64,000 nucleotides of DNA, from NCBI RefSeq assembly GCF_963676685.1, contig NC_092351.1:12028001-12092000 (forward strand), written 5' to 3'. This DNA comes from Mytilus edulis. Its lineage: Eukaryota. Under the pieces are notes generated by a model that was given only the letters and a program-made list of their open reading frames with translations, was not told the DNA's origin and did not search any database. Of this stretch, positions 1-13,407 are shown piece after piece. The stretch's first letter is position 1. The number at the start of each line of letters is the position of its first letter. The translations under genes were made by a program, and so were the position numbers.

Positions 1-163
1 AATGCTAGTATAATGTTACATTTTTTGAAAATAATCAATTATCCAGAAACCTCTCGCCCAATAAAAAAACACATAAAACAAACAAATGACCTTTAACAAA
101 ACCAAACTAGTATCATGGTCAATTTAGAAGAATTCTATACATTACTAGCAGTGTATATATATA

Positions 164-732
164 CATCTAACATTGTTGGGTTGATGTTTAGACGAGTTGT
201 ATATACATTATGTACACAGCCATGTATCACCATCATTGATGGCGATCCGATGGATACATCTGTTGTAGAGTTGTCACTGACTCAGACGTACTTATAAATA
301 TAATTATTTTCTGTGACTGTATATTACATTAATTTGTAGGATCCTTTACTATAGATAATTTAGCTGATCTGTAACAATAACATCTTCATGCCTTATATAT
401 CATGTACTGCAGTACGCCGCTAGATTAAAACTGACGTGGAAAGGTAACACACGGCCAGCGAAAGCTCTTTTTTTGAGAGCCCAGGTGGTCGTGTGGTCTA
501 GCGGGACGGCTGCAGTGCAGGCGATTTGGTGTCACGATATCACAGTAGCATGGGTTCGAATCCCGGCGAGGGAAGAACCAAAAATTTGCGTAGAGTAGAG
601 TTGTCACTGACTAGACTATATAAATATATATACAACTCGTCTAAACATCAACCCAACAATGATAGATCAGTAAATTTGCTTTCGCAAATTTTTGGTTCTT
701 CCCTCGCCGGGATTCGAACCCATGCTACTGTG
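164..732 (+). mobile_element. tRNA-box, self-complementary repeat with hammerhead-like motif and inverted partial copy (Penelope pLTR/retrozyme-like), embedded in (TA)n
   Basis: A box TGGTCGTGTGG 486-496, B box GGTTCGAATCC 553-563, and CTGACG...GAAAGCTC 431-467. 625-732 is the reverse complement of sequence joining the unit end (540-590) to its start (164-208). TA runs at the junctions; decayed copy at 39478-39536 + 43389-43640. Confidence 0.55.
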
Positions 733-1446
733 AAAAAATGCAAAAGTAGCTGATATATATATATAAACAAGTCTAAATTGAAAACTACGTTCAAACCTAT
801 GATTGCGTTGGATAAAAACCGCTATTTTTTTACGTGTGCATGTAAAACAAATTTCGTTGTAGAAGGGTCTAAATACAGCACAAACAACATTTTCCAGAAG
901 ACCAAAAAAAGTGAAAAGGTATATTTAAACAAAACGCATTTGACTAACAGGTCGAACAAGTGATGTTCTTTAACCCTGCTGACTGTAAAATAGAGTTTAT
1001 AGAATCTATGAAGGCATGTTTTGATAAAATACACTCGTTATAGAACTTGAACACAATCCTAAACATGTAAGGGAGCTAAAATTGGAATTTAAAGGGGGCT
1101 TGGATGAAAAATGTTGTCCTGCATTTTAAAATTGCAATCTTTTTTTTTTATTTTTTCACTCTATTCGGTCCTGCCTCTTTTTTTTTATTAGTTTATCCTG
1201 ACATTTTTTTTACATAAATTGTCATCCTGCCTTTTTATTATTCAATCAGTAATTGTGTCACCTATTATAGTTCATCTTCTTATTATATATATGATCATTC
1301 TTATAATATCGATAACCTGGAAAAGTTACCTGTTCCTGCAGCTCACACCTTACCACTCATTACATAGTTAGAACCCCTACCCCACCCAAGTCTTTGCAAC
1401 TACTTATTGACAAATGGTATATTATGACAACGTATAAATTAATGAC

Positions 1447-2352
1447 CTCCACAGCAGCTTCCCTCATGAACTGTTTGGCTGGATCTGACCAGATAGCAGG
1501 CACGGTTAGAACCCATGTGATCTCCGTCTTTTTAATCTGGATATCTCTCTTGACTATTTGTTCCATTAAATGTCCCCGTAGATAGTTGATACTTTTTGAA
1601 ATGACTTTTATAGCTTCCAGATGTTTTCCTTGGTCATCTTCTATTGTAAGATTACGTGGTATCTCCTTCAAGGAAAAACAGGTATATTTTGTACTTATAT
1701 TAATTGTTAAGGTGTTATACTAATCTAAATTCACTAGGTTGAAAATCTGCACGTTTTTTTTTCCATTTTGATATTGGTTTAAGGCTTTCTTATATGGTCA
1801 TACTGTTTACAAAATATGAAAAACACACAATAATCTAAAAAAAGAACGATTTGAAAAAAATATTGTGGCATCTTCTCATAAGTTAAAAGGTAAAAAATAA
1901 AAAGGAAATGCAATGAAATGTGAAAAAGAAGGCAAACCAGCATCAACGTATGACTTATTATAATAAGGGTTTTAGTTTATGCGTTTTGGTCCTAGTTGGT
2001 TGACCCCTTACAGTATACATAGTTTACGTACATGATTTTTGTACAACTGCATTTTAAACCTGCTGAAAAAGTACCAACTGTGATGATCCTCACTTTCTGC
2101 AAGTGCTGTATACTTTTCCTCAGCCTCTGCTCCAAACGAATCAAAATCACCTCTGGCATTAAACAATACACATGTTGGAGTCTTCAGAGAAAGTCCTGCC
2201 TGAGAACCTAATGTCCATGTAAACCCGGATATTTTCAGAGGATCTTCTTTATAGTCACTCTTAAAGGCAAATGCATACCCAGAAAAGGTCGTACCAAAAT
2301 CAATGGCCGCCACCAACAAAGAATCAGATATAGTTTCATAACTATTAGCCAT
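1447..2352 (-). CDS. HSPA12: HSPA12-like atypical Hsp70, paralogue 1 (partial: coding exons 1-2; exons 3-4 presumably beyond the left edge)
   Basis: Exon1 2352-2032 (MANSYETISDSLLVAAIDFGTTFSGYAF...FKMQLYKNH, donor GTACGT); exon2 1665-1447 (EIPRNL...WVLTVPAIWSDPAKQFMREAAVE, AG/GT flanked). Same motifs and intron positions as the complete paralogues; no exon 3 seen in 1-1446. Confidence 0.88.
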
Positions 2353-3296
2353 CTCTTTTTTAGTTTTCAGTTTCAATTATCATCTTATGTTTTATGTCGA
2401 TCCTATAAAATTGAAGGATAATATATATAAACAACAACAGATGCATCGTACTAGATATAATAGTTTGGCAAACAACGATTAATAATATTTAAATCTCTCT
2501 AATCACCAGATTTATACTTGCCATAAAACACTACGAATGCCACTTTTTGACAAAATAAGCTTATACGTTCGGAACGCTTGATTACATCCCTTAATTTTGG
2601 GGTTCATTCAGCATTTGTTTTCAATATATCTAGCTGTGGGGTTGTCTAGTCGTAACAGGGTTGTCTTATTAATACTATCTCTGTTCTGAAACAAATACAA
2701 CAGCAACAACAAACAGCATATTACTTTGGGTTTTTTTTCTCATTCGTTTTTTGATGTAGGGAATCTGCATTTATACATGGATAGGTTGTGAGTTTGTCCT
2801 GGTGAAAGCTAGACAAGAAACATGTTCCGATTTGTTGTTAACGGTGTCAGTTGATTGATATTGTTGGTTGCTTAACGTCCAGTGGCAAATATTTCATGCA
2901 TGTTCAGGACGAATTAACGATGTCAGACCACTGTATATATAATTCATAACTGTATCTTATAAGGATCACAACGAGGATAGTCAATATAGGTGCAAGAATT
3001 TTCTATATTATCAAACCTCTGAAGCATCCGTAATAACCCCGGTTCGTGTTGCTTATCTCTGTATTCTTACATGACGTCCTAATCATCACAAAATATGTTA
3101 AATACATGCACACAAACTTACTGTTTACATTCTCGTAATTATTTTCATTTTTATTCTGATAAAATATATATTTTTTAGGTGCTTGCATGTATTTTGTACG
3201 CTTCGACCTATAACGATACTGTATAAAATAGACTAACGTTAACGCTCAGTGTAAAATATGTAGATATTAAATGCCTAACATGTTAAAATGAGAATA

Positions 3297-3444
3297 CACT
3301 AGCGGATCTATAGAAATATTCATAAGTGGGGGCCCACTTGAGTGCCTAAGAGGGAGCCCGCTCCAATCACGCTTCAGTGATTCCCTATATAAGCAACTAA
3401 ATTTGTTCCCAAAAAGAGTGCCCCCCCCCCTAAATCCGCCTCTG
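3297..3444. mobile_element. MITE with CAGNGGCGGAT-type TIRs, 5-bp TSD
   Basis: Ends CACTAGCGGATCT / AAATCCGCCTCTG; TSD GAATA on both sides; related copies at 24048-24202 and 27050-27206. Confidence 0.75.
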
Positions 3445-3640
3445 GAATAGAACATGCCATGAAGGATTTTGTTCTTACAATTTATTTGTAGTGTTTTTTT
3501 GACTTTTTTCTTATGGTCATTGTGTTGATTAATTTTCTGCGACTTATGGGGTTTTACTGTCCCCTGTTATTTTATACCTATTTTTGTCTTGAATGTCGTT
3601 TTGATATCTTTATCAAAAATTAGTCCTCGACTGCTGTTGA

Positions 3641-3807
3641 CATGGGCGGATCCTACCATTTAAAAAAAGGGAGGTTCCCAACCCAGGACAAAAAAAAGGG
3701 GGGGTCCAACTATATGTCCCAATTCAAATGCATTGATCGGCCAAAAAAAAAGGGGGGGTTCCAACCCCTGGACCCCCCCCCCCCCCCCCCAACCGGATCC
3801 CCCAATG
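3641..3807. mobile_element. MITE (second family, same TIR type), 5-bp TSD
   Basis: CATGGGCGGATCC ... GGATCCCCCAATG; TSD GTTGA; second copy at 13408-13557. Confidence 0.75.
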
Positions 3808-3907
3808 GTTGATGATGATGAAATACAATTCAGGCTTTTGGAAATGACATTTCTTACCTACCTACCGTTTTCATCTTTAAAAAAAAGGTAATTTGATTAT
3901 TTTACTT

Positions 3908-4091
3908 AGATGTAGGAAGATGTGGTGTGAGTGCCAATGAGACAACTCTCCATCCAAATAACAATTTTTAAAAAGTAAACCATTATAGGTCAATGTACGG
4001 CCTTTAACATGTTTAACACGGAGCCTTGGCTCACACCAATTTTAAACAACAAGCTATAAAGGGCCCCAAAATTACTAGTGTAAAACCATTC
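3908..4091 (-). repeat. SINE-like dispersed repeat fragment
   Basis: Reverse complement of the 3' part of 5505-5915; related copies near 10787-10970, 38485-38770 and 44330-44510. Confidence 0.65.
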
Positions 4092-5504
4092 ATTAATTGT
4101 TGAAAGTTTTCATAAACTACTATATTACAAACAAGTAATGATGCATAATGTCCCTGTGAAGTTTTTTTTGGCAAGGTGCGAGGGAGGAATTTTCCAGAGT
4201 AAGTTGTATAAATATGTCAAATATGATCAAATATGACTTTCTGGGAAGTGTCTACTTTCAGTTTCAGTTTCAACTTCATTATAAATCTATTATTACATAT
4301 GCATTTAACATGGTTAAACAACTGCATTTTTTTTACATTCAATAAAAATATGTGTCACTACGAAATGATGTGTAGAAATTTTATCATAGTGATGACATTA
4401 TAGTCACATACATATAAAACCATCATGGGTTAACATTACCTTTGATTATATTATTTTGTTTTTAATCAGCAGCTCTTCAAATATATTCAGATATATTCGA
4501 TATTGAAAACCAATGTATTCAGAAATTATGTTCAGAAATGAGATATCTTAAAATACCTTACCGTTTTATTTTACGGAGCAGATTCAATGCGTCAATACAC
4601 ACTATATAACTCTCTATTGTATTTCTGATAAGACACCAGTATTTTTTTTAGATCAATGACGTTTGTATCACGTGAACAATTAGCTTCCTTGTTGTTGATT
4701 TGGTGACAACCCAAAAATACACAAGATTCCAGCCCCCTGAAATACAGGTATATACTGATTGATATAGTTTGAAATCTACATAATTCAAATAGTCGCTAAA
4801 ATGTGTTTAAACACATGTAATAATATGACAAAGCAACTTTTTTTTTAATATCGAAAGTTATAAATGTATGCGTCATTCATTCCAATAAAAAGAAGGTTAA
4901 ACTGTCTGTATTTACAAATTTTCACAGGTTCATCATTTTTGCAGTCAGGAGAGTTTTACTTATGCATTTTTGTTTACAAACGAATACAAGTCGATTATTA
5001 GAAACCAAATAATTATAAGACTTTTTTTGTGATTTGAAAGAAGTAAGCGCTTTTAGATAATCCATTTCCCATGTTTCCATAGTAAACAACACTTCAATCC
5101 GAATGTATTGTTTTTAATATAACTAGTCATATTAGGTTTTTTAACGGCGAAGTCTAGACTGAATTTTCTAAATATTTCTGAATATGCATTGCAATATCCT
5201 TTCTTTTGTTATATGTATTTCCAAGGATCTTAACTGGTATTACACCAGAAATGACAATTATTTATTTCACACACATACATGTATATATATATACAAAGTA
5301 TATAGTAATGCAAGAGACTTCTTTGCAGTTTACTTACATCCAGGGATTGAAAGTCTGCCCTATATATAGGAGTTTTCTTTTTGTTCTAAAAAAATAATAA
5401 ATAAAGTATTAGATGATTATTCATTGTTTTAATTTAGTTTATTTTATTGAAAATGATTTTTAAATCGCTTTTAATAAAGAAAAATAAACCAAAAAAATTT
5501 ACGT

Positions 5505-5915
5505 TTTTTTGATTGAGTTAATAAAGCCTTTCAATTGATATTTTATCGTGTGGTTTTCTATGTTGTGATGTTATGCTATTGTTTCAGAAAAAGGAAGGAG
5601 GTTTGGTACCATTAAAACGTTTAATCCCGCTGCAAATGTTTGCACCTGTCCTAAGTCAGGAATCTGATGTACAGTAGTTGTCTTTGTTTATGTTATTTAT
5701 ACGTGTTTCTCGTTTCTCGTTTTTTATATAGATAGGTTTTCCCGTTTGAATGGTTTTACACTAGTAATTCTGGGGCCCTTTATAGTTTTTTGTTCGGTGT
5801 GAGACAAGGCTCCGTATTGAAGGCCGTACATTGACCTATAATGGTTTACTTTTATAAATTGTTATTTGGATGGAGAGTTGTCTCATTGGCACTATCACCA
5901 CATCTTCCGATATCT
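5505..5915 (+). repeat. SINE-like dispersed repeat
   Basis: Ends TGGAGAGTTGTCTCATTGGCAC...CACATCTTCC followed by an A-rich tail; multiple copies in the window. Confidence 0.65.
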
Positions 5916-6531
5916 AAAAATAAAAAAAATAAAAAAAAGAAACTTTAAAATTCATAATATAATGTTCAAGGAAAATTATAAAACAGTAAAAATCACTTAA
6001 GTACTCAAACGACTGTGGCGTTTGTATTAACGTAATATTGCTGACTATTATCTTGAAAATAAAATTCGAATTATAACAATTAATGCATTATACAGAAAAT
6101 TGAAACAACATATTTAATTCGTCATTTTATTTGTTAAGACAATATCACAATTTTAATTTGAATAATTTCATCTAATGTTAACGCATGCATAATGCAATAT
6201 GGATATGTTTAGAATTTCAACAAAAAATATTTTCTAGCATTTCTAAATAACTTCGATTGAATCATCGTACAAAATTCTTCATTTTTTTATTTTTTTTTTA
6301 ACATTTCTCAATATGTATGACTTTTAAAAGTCATCTTTTATTGTATAATGCTGGATAGAAGCCATGAAATTAAAATATTTGATTGATATTATTGCATGTG
6401 TCGTTTGTGTGGATATTTTATGAACTTTGTGATTTGTGTTGATTCATGCTCTTTATGGGCCCTTAAATTATGAATAAAGCTTTTTGATATGGTTTGATTT
6501 CATTTGATTGTAGACGTAGCAGTACACTGGT

Positions 6532-9500
6532 ATGGCCGCTGGTGAAACAATCTCGGAGTCTCTGTTCGTAGCAGCTATAGACTTCGGTACAACGTTTTCT
6601 GGGTATGCTTTTGGAAATAGAAATGATTACAAAGATGATCCCTCCAAAGTAGCCGGTTGTCACTGGAGTATGGGTTCACAACCGGGGCTCTCCCTCAAGA
6701 CACCGTCATGTATTTTGTTTGACCCTGAACAAAACTTTGATTCCTTCGGTGGAGAAGCAGAAGATAAATACACAGAACTAGCACAAGAGGAAGAACATGG
6801 TGACTGGTATTTTTTCAGAAGATTCAAAATGCAGCTTTATGGCAAAGAGGTATTTTGTACTTATGTATACACAAATGTAGTAGCTTATTCTGCTACATGG
6901 AGACATATTTTAACTGAAGGCGGATGTAATTATGTTTTTTGTTATTTTGTTCTTGAAACATACAGGTTAAATGATTCAGTTAAATAAACTTGAAACATAC
7001 AGTTCAATTAAATAAATGCCGAATAAAAAATAGAAATTGTTCAACTAATCCGAATTGTGTTTGTTATATACTAGTACATGCAATAATACTGATCTGTCTA
7101 TCCTCTGTCCTCAGCAGTAATGAAAGTTCCATGTTTCATATGCAAATATTTACAATGATAGCATACAACGTGTAGGTTGACAAACTGCAGATGGTAACAC
7201 TTAAAGTGCGTCGTACTTCATTATTTAACAGATACTACTGTTTGTAAGTAAAATTTCAATTGAAATGTTAATTAATCGAAACAGCAATTATACAGAATAT
7301 CTTATTATGTATGCAGGAATTATCAAAAGACTTCATGTTGGAAGGAGAAAATGGTTTACAAATGCCAGCCATAAAAGTGTTTGCAGAAAGCATCAAATTC
7401 CTGCGAACACACTTTGAGGACCATATAAAGAATAAAGTCGATGCAATCAAACCACGTGATGTAGAATGGGTGTTGACCGTACCAGCCATCTGGCCAGATC
7501 CAGCTAAAAAGTTCATGAAGGAAGCTGCTAATGCTGTATGTATTCGGTTCTATTTTATAAGATAAATTGGTTTTTTTTTCAAACTGTTCGATATAAACAT
7601 GTCAGATATAAAGCTAAAGATTAATGTCAACCACAATGAGGTCTTTGATTTTTAAACTATAAATATGATATTATGATGAGGTTCAAGGTCCGACTTTCAA
7701 AAATTATAAAGACATGACTGTCCATGTGTACATAGGTCTTTCATGTCTTTATTTTCAGTTTCCTTGTTGCAAGGTAAACTGATTTTAAGTGAAACTTTGA
7801 TTGAATTGCATAGTGTAAGAATGTACACCAAAAGCAACAATGACGGTCTGTTTTACGTTGATACGATTTTTCAGAGTGAAATGAGCGTTTTCTACGATAT
7901 CAATGTCCGTCTCATTCATTGCTGTCGTAACTCATCATCAAACGTTGTACTTGTCATAGGCAACATGATGGTGTTTAAACGTTGTACTTGTCACAAACAA
8001 AACGAATAGGTGTTTAAAAGTTTAACTTGTATAGGAAACACGATGGGTGTTCAAACGTTTAACTTGGTATAGGCAACACGATGGGTGTTCAAACGTTTAA
8101 CTTGTCTATAAACGTTGTAATTGTCAAAGGCAACTCGATAGGTATTTAAACGTTGTACTTGTCACAGGCAATACAATTGGTGTTTAAAAGTTTAACTTGG
8201 TATATGCAACACGATGGCTGTTTAAACGTTTGACTTGGTATAAGCAACACGATGGGTGTTCAAACGTTTAACTTGGTATTTGCAACACGATGGCTGTTTA
8301 AACGTTTGACTTGGTATAAGCAACACGATGGGTGTTTAAACGTTTAACTTGATATAGGCAACACAATGGGTGTTTGAACGTTTAACTTGGTATTTGCAAC
8401 ACAATGGGTGTTTGAACGTTTAACTTGGTATAAGCAACACGATGGGTGTTTAAACTTTTAACTTGGTATTTGCAACACAATGGGTGTTTGAACGTTTAAC
8501 TTGGTATAAGCAACACAATGGGTGTTTGAACGTTTAACTTGGTATTTGCAACACAATGGGTGTTTGAACGTTTGACTTGGTATATGCAACACAATGGGTG
8601 TTCAAACGTTTGACTTGGTATAGGCAACACAATGGGTGTTTAAAAGTTTGACTTGGTATAGGCTACACGATGGGTGTTTAAAAGTTTAACTTGGTATATG
8701 CAACACGATGGCTGTTTAAATGTTTAACTTGTTATAGGCAACACGATGGGTGTTCAAACGTTTGACTTGATATAAGCAACACGATGGGTGTTCAAACGTT
8801 TAACTTGGTATAAGCAATACGATGGGTGTTTAAACGTTTGACTTGGTATAGGCAACACAATGGGTGTTTGAACGTTTAACTTGGTATTTGCAACACAATG
8901 GGTGTTTGAACGTTTAACTTGGTATAGGCAACACGATGGGTGTTCAAACGTTTAACTTGGTATAAGCAACACGATGGGTGTTTAAACTTTTAAAACTTGG
9001 TATAGGCAACGCGATGGGTGTTCAAACGTTTGACTTGGTATAAGCAACACGATGGGTGTTTAAAAGTTTGACTTGGTATAGGCAATACGATGGGTGTTTA
9101 AACGTTTGACTTGGTATAGGCAACACAATGGGTGTTTGAACGTTTAACTTGGTATAGGCAACATGATAAAAAAAAAACAATATTCTAATACAGTAATATA
9201 ACACCTCTATTGGTTCTGTTGGAATAATGAATTTACCATGAATTGAATTGTGAACGTGTGTTTATTTGAATTTTTCCCATAATCTTGAAATAAGTAGATC
9301 ATTTTTTTTGTCAGGGAGGTATACCCAACAGTCGTCTAATCTTGGCGTTAGAACCAGAAGCTGCATCCATCTACTGTAAAAACCTACCTGTCGACAGAAC
9401 ACTTTCTAGTGGTGGAAGATCTACCCTAGATGCGTTTGCTCCGGGGACACAGTATCTTATACTGGATGCAGGAGGTAAATGAATGTATCTAACGAACTGT

Positions 9501-12271
9501 TAACAACATATACATATCGAATTAGACTATTAACAACATGTGTCTAACCAACCACTAAAAAAGTATCTACCGAAACATTAATACTTCATCTTCCGATTAC
9601 AGGAAAGACTCCGTTGTCGTAGTGTGGAATATCCCTTTATGTTTATGAAAATGGAAGTCGAAAATTGTAGTATAAAATATGATAATTGCCAATGACAATT
9701 AAAATAGAATTAGTTGTAGCTTAATGTTAAACATATTCAAATAATATACAATGGCTAATATACAATAGTTAATTAGCCAGATAGTATACGTCAAATGTTA
9801 TGGTAGATATACCACCTTTAAAGTATTCTAGGGAGGGTGACATACAAATTGCCTCCGGGATATCATTCCAAGCTGCAATAGTGCGTGGAAAAAGATGACT
9901 TATAATAGTCCTTACTTATATTATATATATAATGTTTATGACGAAAATTATGTTGTCACCATTCACAACATGTATCTATCGAACCATTACCAACATATAC
10001 AAATATTAAATCACATACGTTTTACATAAATTATTTTTTTGGGCCAATTTCTCTGATTAACTAACATACTCCGGAGAGTATATAGTCTTCCAGATACAAA
10101 TTGAATCATTTATGGTCAAAGATGTCCTTGATTTCAAACATTTTTAAATTGTTGCAGAAATGCTTATACTGTCAAACCTGCTTAAGAGATCACCTGTATT
10201 AAGCTAACACCTGTGTTATGAGTCGAGACCATTGAATTTATGTCCCTCTGTAGTGCATTTCATATAGATTGAATCTGTATTAAAAGACCGCCTGTCTTAT
10301 AAGACCACCTTTTTGCTCTCCACTGAGTTGTCCCTTAAAATATGTTTCAACTTTTGAACATTTTTTGAAACTTTGCAAATATAGATACTTCATGAAACGG
10401 TTCCAATTTTAGTGTCATACATGTATACCTGTTTTGACAATTAATGTCTTTTTAGAGATATTCGAGACCAAACAAACTTTAAACAAATGATACAAACCGA
10501 AAAGGGCAAAACGTACTTTAATACCCAATCACAGACGATGAATCAGAAGCACAAGGGGGATACAATTCTTAATTCTGAATAATATCCTAAACTTTAAAAC
10601 CAGAATTTTTTTTTTTTATGTTAGTCCCGAAGTAATGACTCGCATTCCACCTGTAGATGTATCTTATTGGGGATACTAACATATAAAATGGACCAATTTT
10701 ACTGTACCCGATTTTCAATTATGATCGAGACCAAAACCAAATGTATACAAAAAGAACTGATATTACCGAACAGACAATTACATTTAGGCCGTTAGTTTCT
10801 CGTTTGTATTGTTTTACATTTGTCATTCTGTGGCCTCTTATAGCTGACTATGCGGTATTGGTTATGTTCATTGTTGAAAGGCCGTACGATGACCTATAGT
10901 TGTGACTTTCTGGGTCATTTTGGTCTTTTGTGGTGAGTGGCCTCCTCTGCAATCATCCACATCTTCTTGGTTTTTTATATTATATTATAAAAACTATTAT
11001 AGCCAAACTCAGAGAAGGTATCCGTGCTTTATAAAATTGCAGAAATAAATTTTATTCATAATGTTTTATCAACTTTTCATTTGCCCTTCTGATCAGTGAG
11101 TAAAATAAATGCATTGGAAATGTGCCACATGTTTTTTTCTTTGTCAAAACTAACGTAGTAACAGAAAACCGCGATTCTTACAAATCACACACAATAATCA
11201 AATAATGTTCATTACTGTTTAATTTTAGGTGGCACGGTTGATATTACTGTACAGGAAATAAAAGACGATGGCGACATCAAACAGATCTACATGGCCAATG
11301 GTGGAGATTGGGGCGGAACTAAAGTCGATGAAGCATTTGACGAATTCCTGACGGAGATTGTTGGATCAGATACGGTGGACAAATTCCGGAAGGATGATAA
11401 AGTCGATTATCTAGGCTTGTGTAGGGAATTTGAAGTGAAAAAGCGAAGCATTCGCCCAGACAGCACAGCTAAATTAACAATTCGAATGCCGTTAAGTTTA
11501 AGTGAAAGATTTCAAGAAGTGAAAGGAGTTTCGCTGAAAAGTTCCTTCAAATCAAACAAATCAATGTCATGGGTGGGTGATAAATTACGTGTCGATCCCG
11601 ACACTGCTAACAAATTCTTTGAAGAACCATGCCAACGAATTGTTGACCATCTGAAGGATTTATTCCAGAAAGGAGCAGTTGTGGACACAGACATTATTTT
11701 AATGGTTGGTGGTTTTTCTGAATCACCAGTACTGCAGGCAGCAATAAAATCGGCATTTCAAAGTAAAACTGTGATAATACCAGAAGATGCAGGTCTTGCT
11801 GTGCTCAAAGGTGCAGTTCAGTTCGGATTTAATCCAAAGGTTATCAGTCCTAGAATCATTCGATACACTTTTGGATTCGGTACAAATATGCAGTTCCGTC
11901 CACATACTGACCCAGAAGATAAGAAACATTTTACTAATAATAAGATGTATTGCCGGGATAGATTTGGAAAGCATGTTGCGAGAGGAGAACCGATGGAATC
12001 AGAGGAGGTAACCAATAAGAAAACATACAATCCTTTAAAAGAAACCCAAAATAAAATAGAACTTCCTATCTATTCGTCTCGTTCTGAAGATCCACAATAC
12101 GTGGATGAAGAAGACTGTATGTATATCGGGAAATTTGAGGTAGATTTGTCGGATGTACGTGGTTCTGATCGGGAAGTCGAGATCGGGATGAGATTTGGTG
12201 GAACTGATCTTGCTGTTGAAGCAATTGTCAAATCAACAGGACAAAAAATTGAAGCAAATTTCAGCTTCTAG
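6532..12271 (+). CDS. HSPA12: HSPA12-like atypical Hsp70, paralogue 2 (complete, ~579 aa)
   Basis: Exons 6532-6849, 7317-7535, 9315-9474 (not in ORF track: GGIPNSRLILALEPEAASIYC...YLILDAG), 11229-12271. All GT-AG, total 1740 nt in frame. Motifs AIDFGTTFSGYAF, TVPAIW, LEPEAA, LDAGGGTVDI, VGGFSES; no C-terminal EEVD. Confidence 0.93.
7940..9165. repeat. 38-bp minisatellite (~32 units) in intron 2 of HSPA12 paralogue 2
   Basis: Unit AAACGTTTAACTTGGTATAGGCAACACGATGGGTGTTC repeated head to tail (e.g. 8053, 8091), degenerating at the left end. Confidence 0.95.
10167..10352. mobile_element. Tc1/mariner (pogo-like) MITE remnant
   Basis: Starts TA+CTGTCAAACCTG; internal repeats of AAGA(G/C)ACCACCTG; degenerate right end GTTTCAACT. 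Confidence 0.5.
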
Positions 12272-13407
12272 TATTAATGACTGATTAAATCTAAGTGAAG
12301 TTTTGTTTGTATCTAAGTTATATCAAAGATCATTGGCCAGCTTATAAAGTGCCATATTCATTGTAAAGATCGTTTTTGAGACAGTTTCATTGTACAGAAT
12401 ATAGTAGAGTATGTTATACTTGTTACATGTCACTACGCGTGAATTTAATAAAAAAACATTATAACTATAGTTTTAGATTCATTACTGTTCAAAGGGCTTT
12501 TACATTTTTTCTAGCTGTTTTATTGACTTCAACAAACTTTTTTTAGGCATAAATAGTTGGTCATTGGTTGTCCTTTTTTTATGTTTCTACCTCTTCGAGA
12601 CTTGTTCTACTTGGTACTTTAAAGTTATACACCAAAGGTTCACGTGTCCTTTGCTGGTTTCAAATATTTCCTGCCTCAGTATAAACACGTGTTCCTTGGT
12701 TCATACCAGGTACAGATGTTCTATGTTGGTTTTTGAGCCGATGTTTCACTAACCTATAGGTGTTCTTTTGTAGGGTTTAAAGCCCTTGCGTGCATATCTT
12801 TGTAAGTGAGTAGTTCGATAAGCATACCTGCAAAACAAGCAGCAGTAAAAGTATATTTCTTATTCATTTGAACACAATTAAGCTAATAAGAAACAAATAA
12901 GTAAACGTGTATATAACCATTTGAAGTTGCTTGTGAAATACCAATTGTATATTAAAATCATGCAGTAATTTTAACGATTGTTTTGTTAAAATATTGATCT
13001 GTAGTAAACAAGATTATTGGTAATTTTACATTCCTAAGTTGTAAAATGGTATAGAATTGTTAACCTCTTAAATATTTTTTAATTGCATTTAACCGGAACC
13101 AATGCCAACAATTATAAGGTACTCTTTAGCCTTCAACTATGAGAAAAATTCCATACCGTATAGCAAGCCATAAAAGGCATAAGCATAACAAACAATTCAA
13201 AGGGGAGATAAACCAACGGTCTAAATTATGCTGAAATAACGAAGTGATACAATAAGGTTTGTCCACTTTTGAAGGTTATTTTGTGACTTATAGCTGCTTA
13301 CGTGTATGGCCTGTGGTCTCTGGTGGATAGTTATCTCTCCATCTCCTTATTTGTCGTTCGCTGCAACTTAAGTTAAGAGGTATAATTCGTTAGCAGGTAT
13401 GAGGTAA

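Noticed and set aside
478-575. Functional tRNA gene
   Set aside because: A and B boxes are present, but there is no convincing acceptor or anticodon stem; it is part of a repeat with inverted and decayed copies.
5158-5185. Heat-shock element between paralogues 1 and 2
   Set aside because: Only partial nGAAnnTTCn matches, expected by chance in AT-rich DNA; no clean three-unit element seen.
7940-9165. CRISPR-like array (38-bp partly palindromic repeats)
   Set aside because: Units are contiguous with no unique spacers, there are no cas genes, and it lies in a eukaryotic intron.
11291-12271. Stand-alone intronless genes from the long ORFs (also 16486-17478, 44881-45936)
   Set aside because: They are the terminal exons of spliced HSPA12 genes, each preceded by a phase-1 acceptor.
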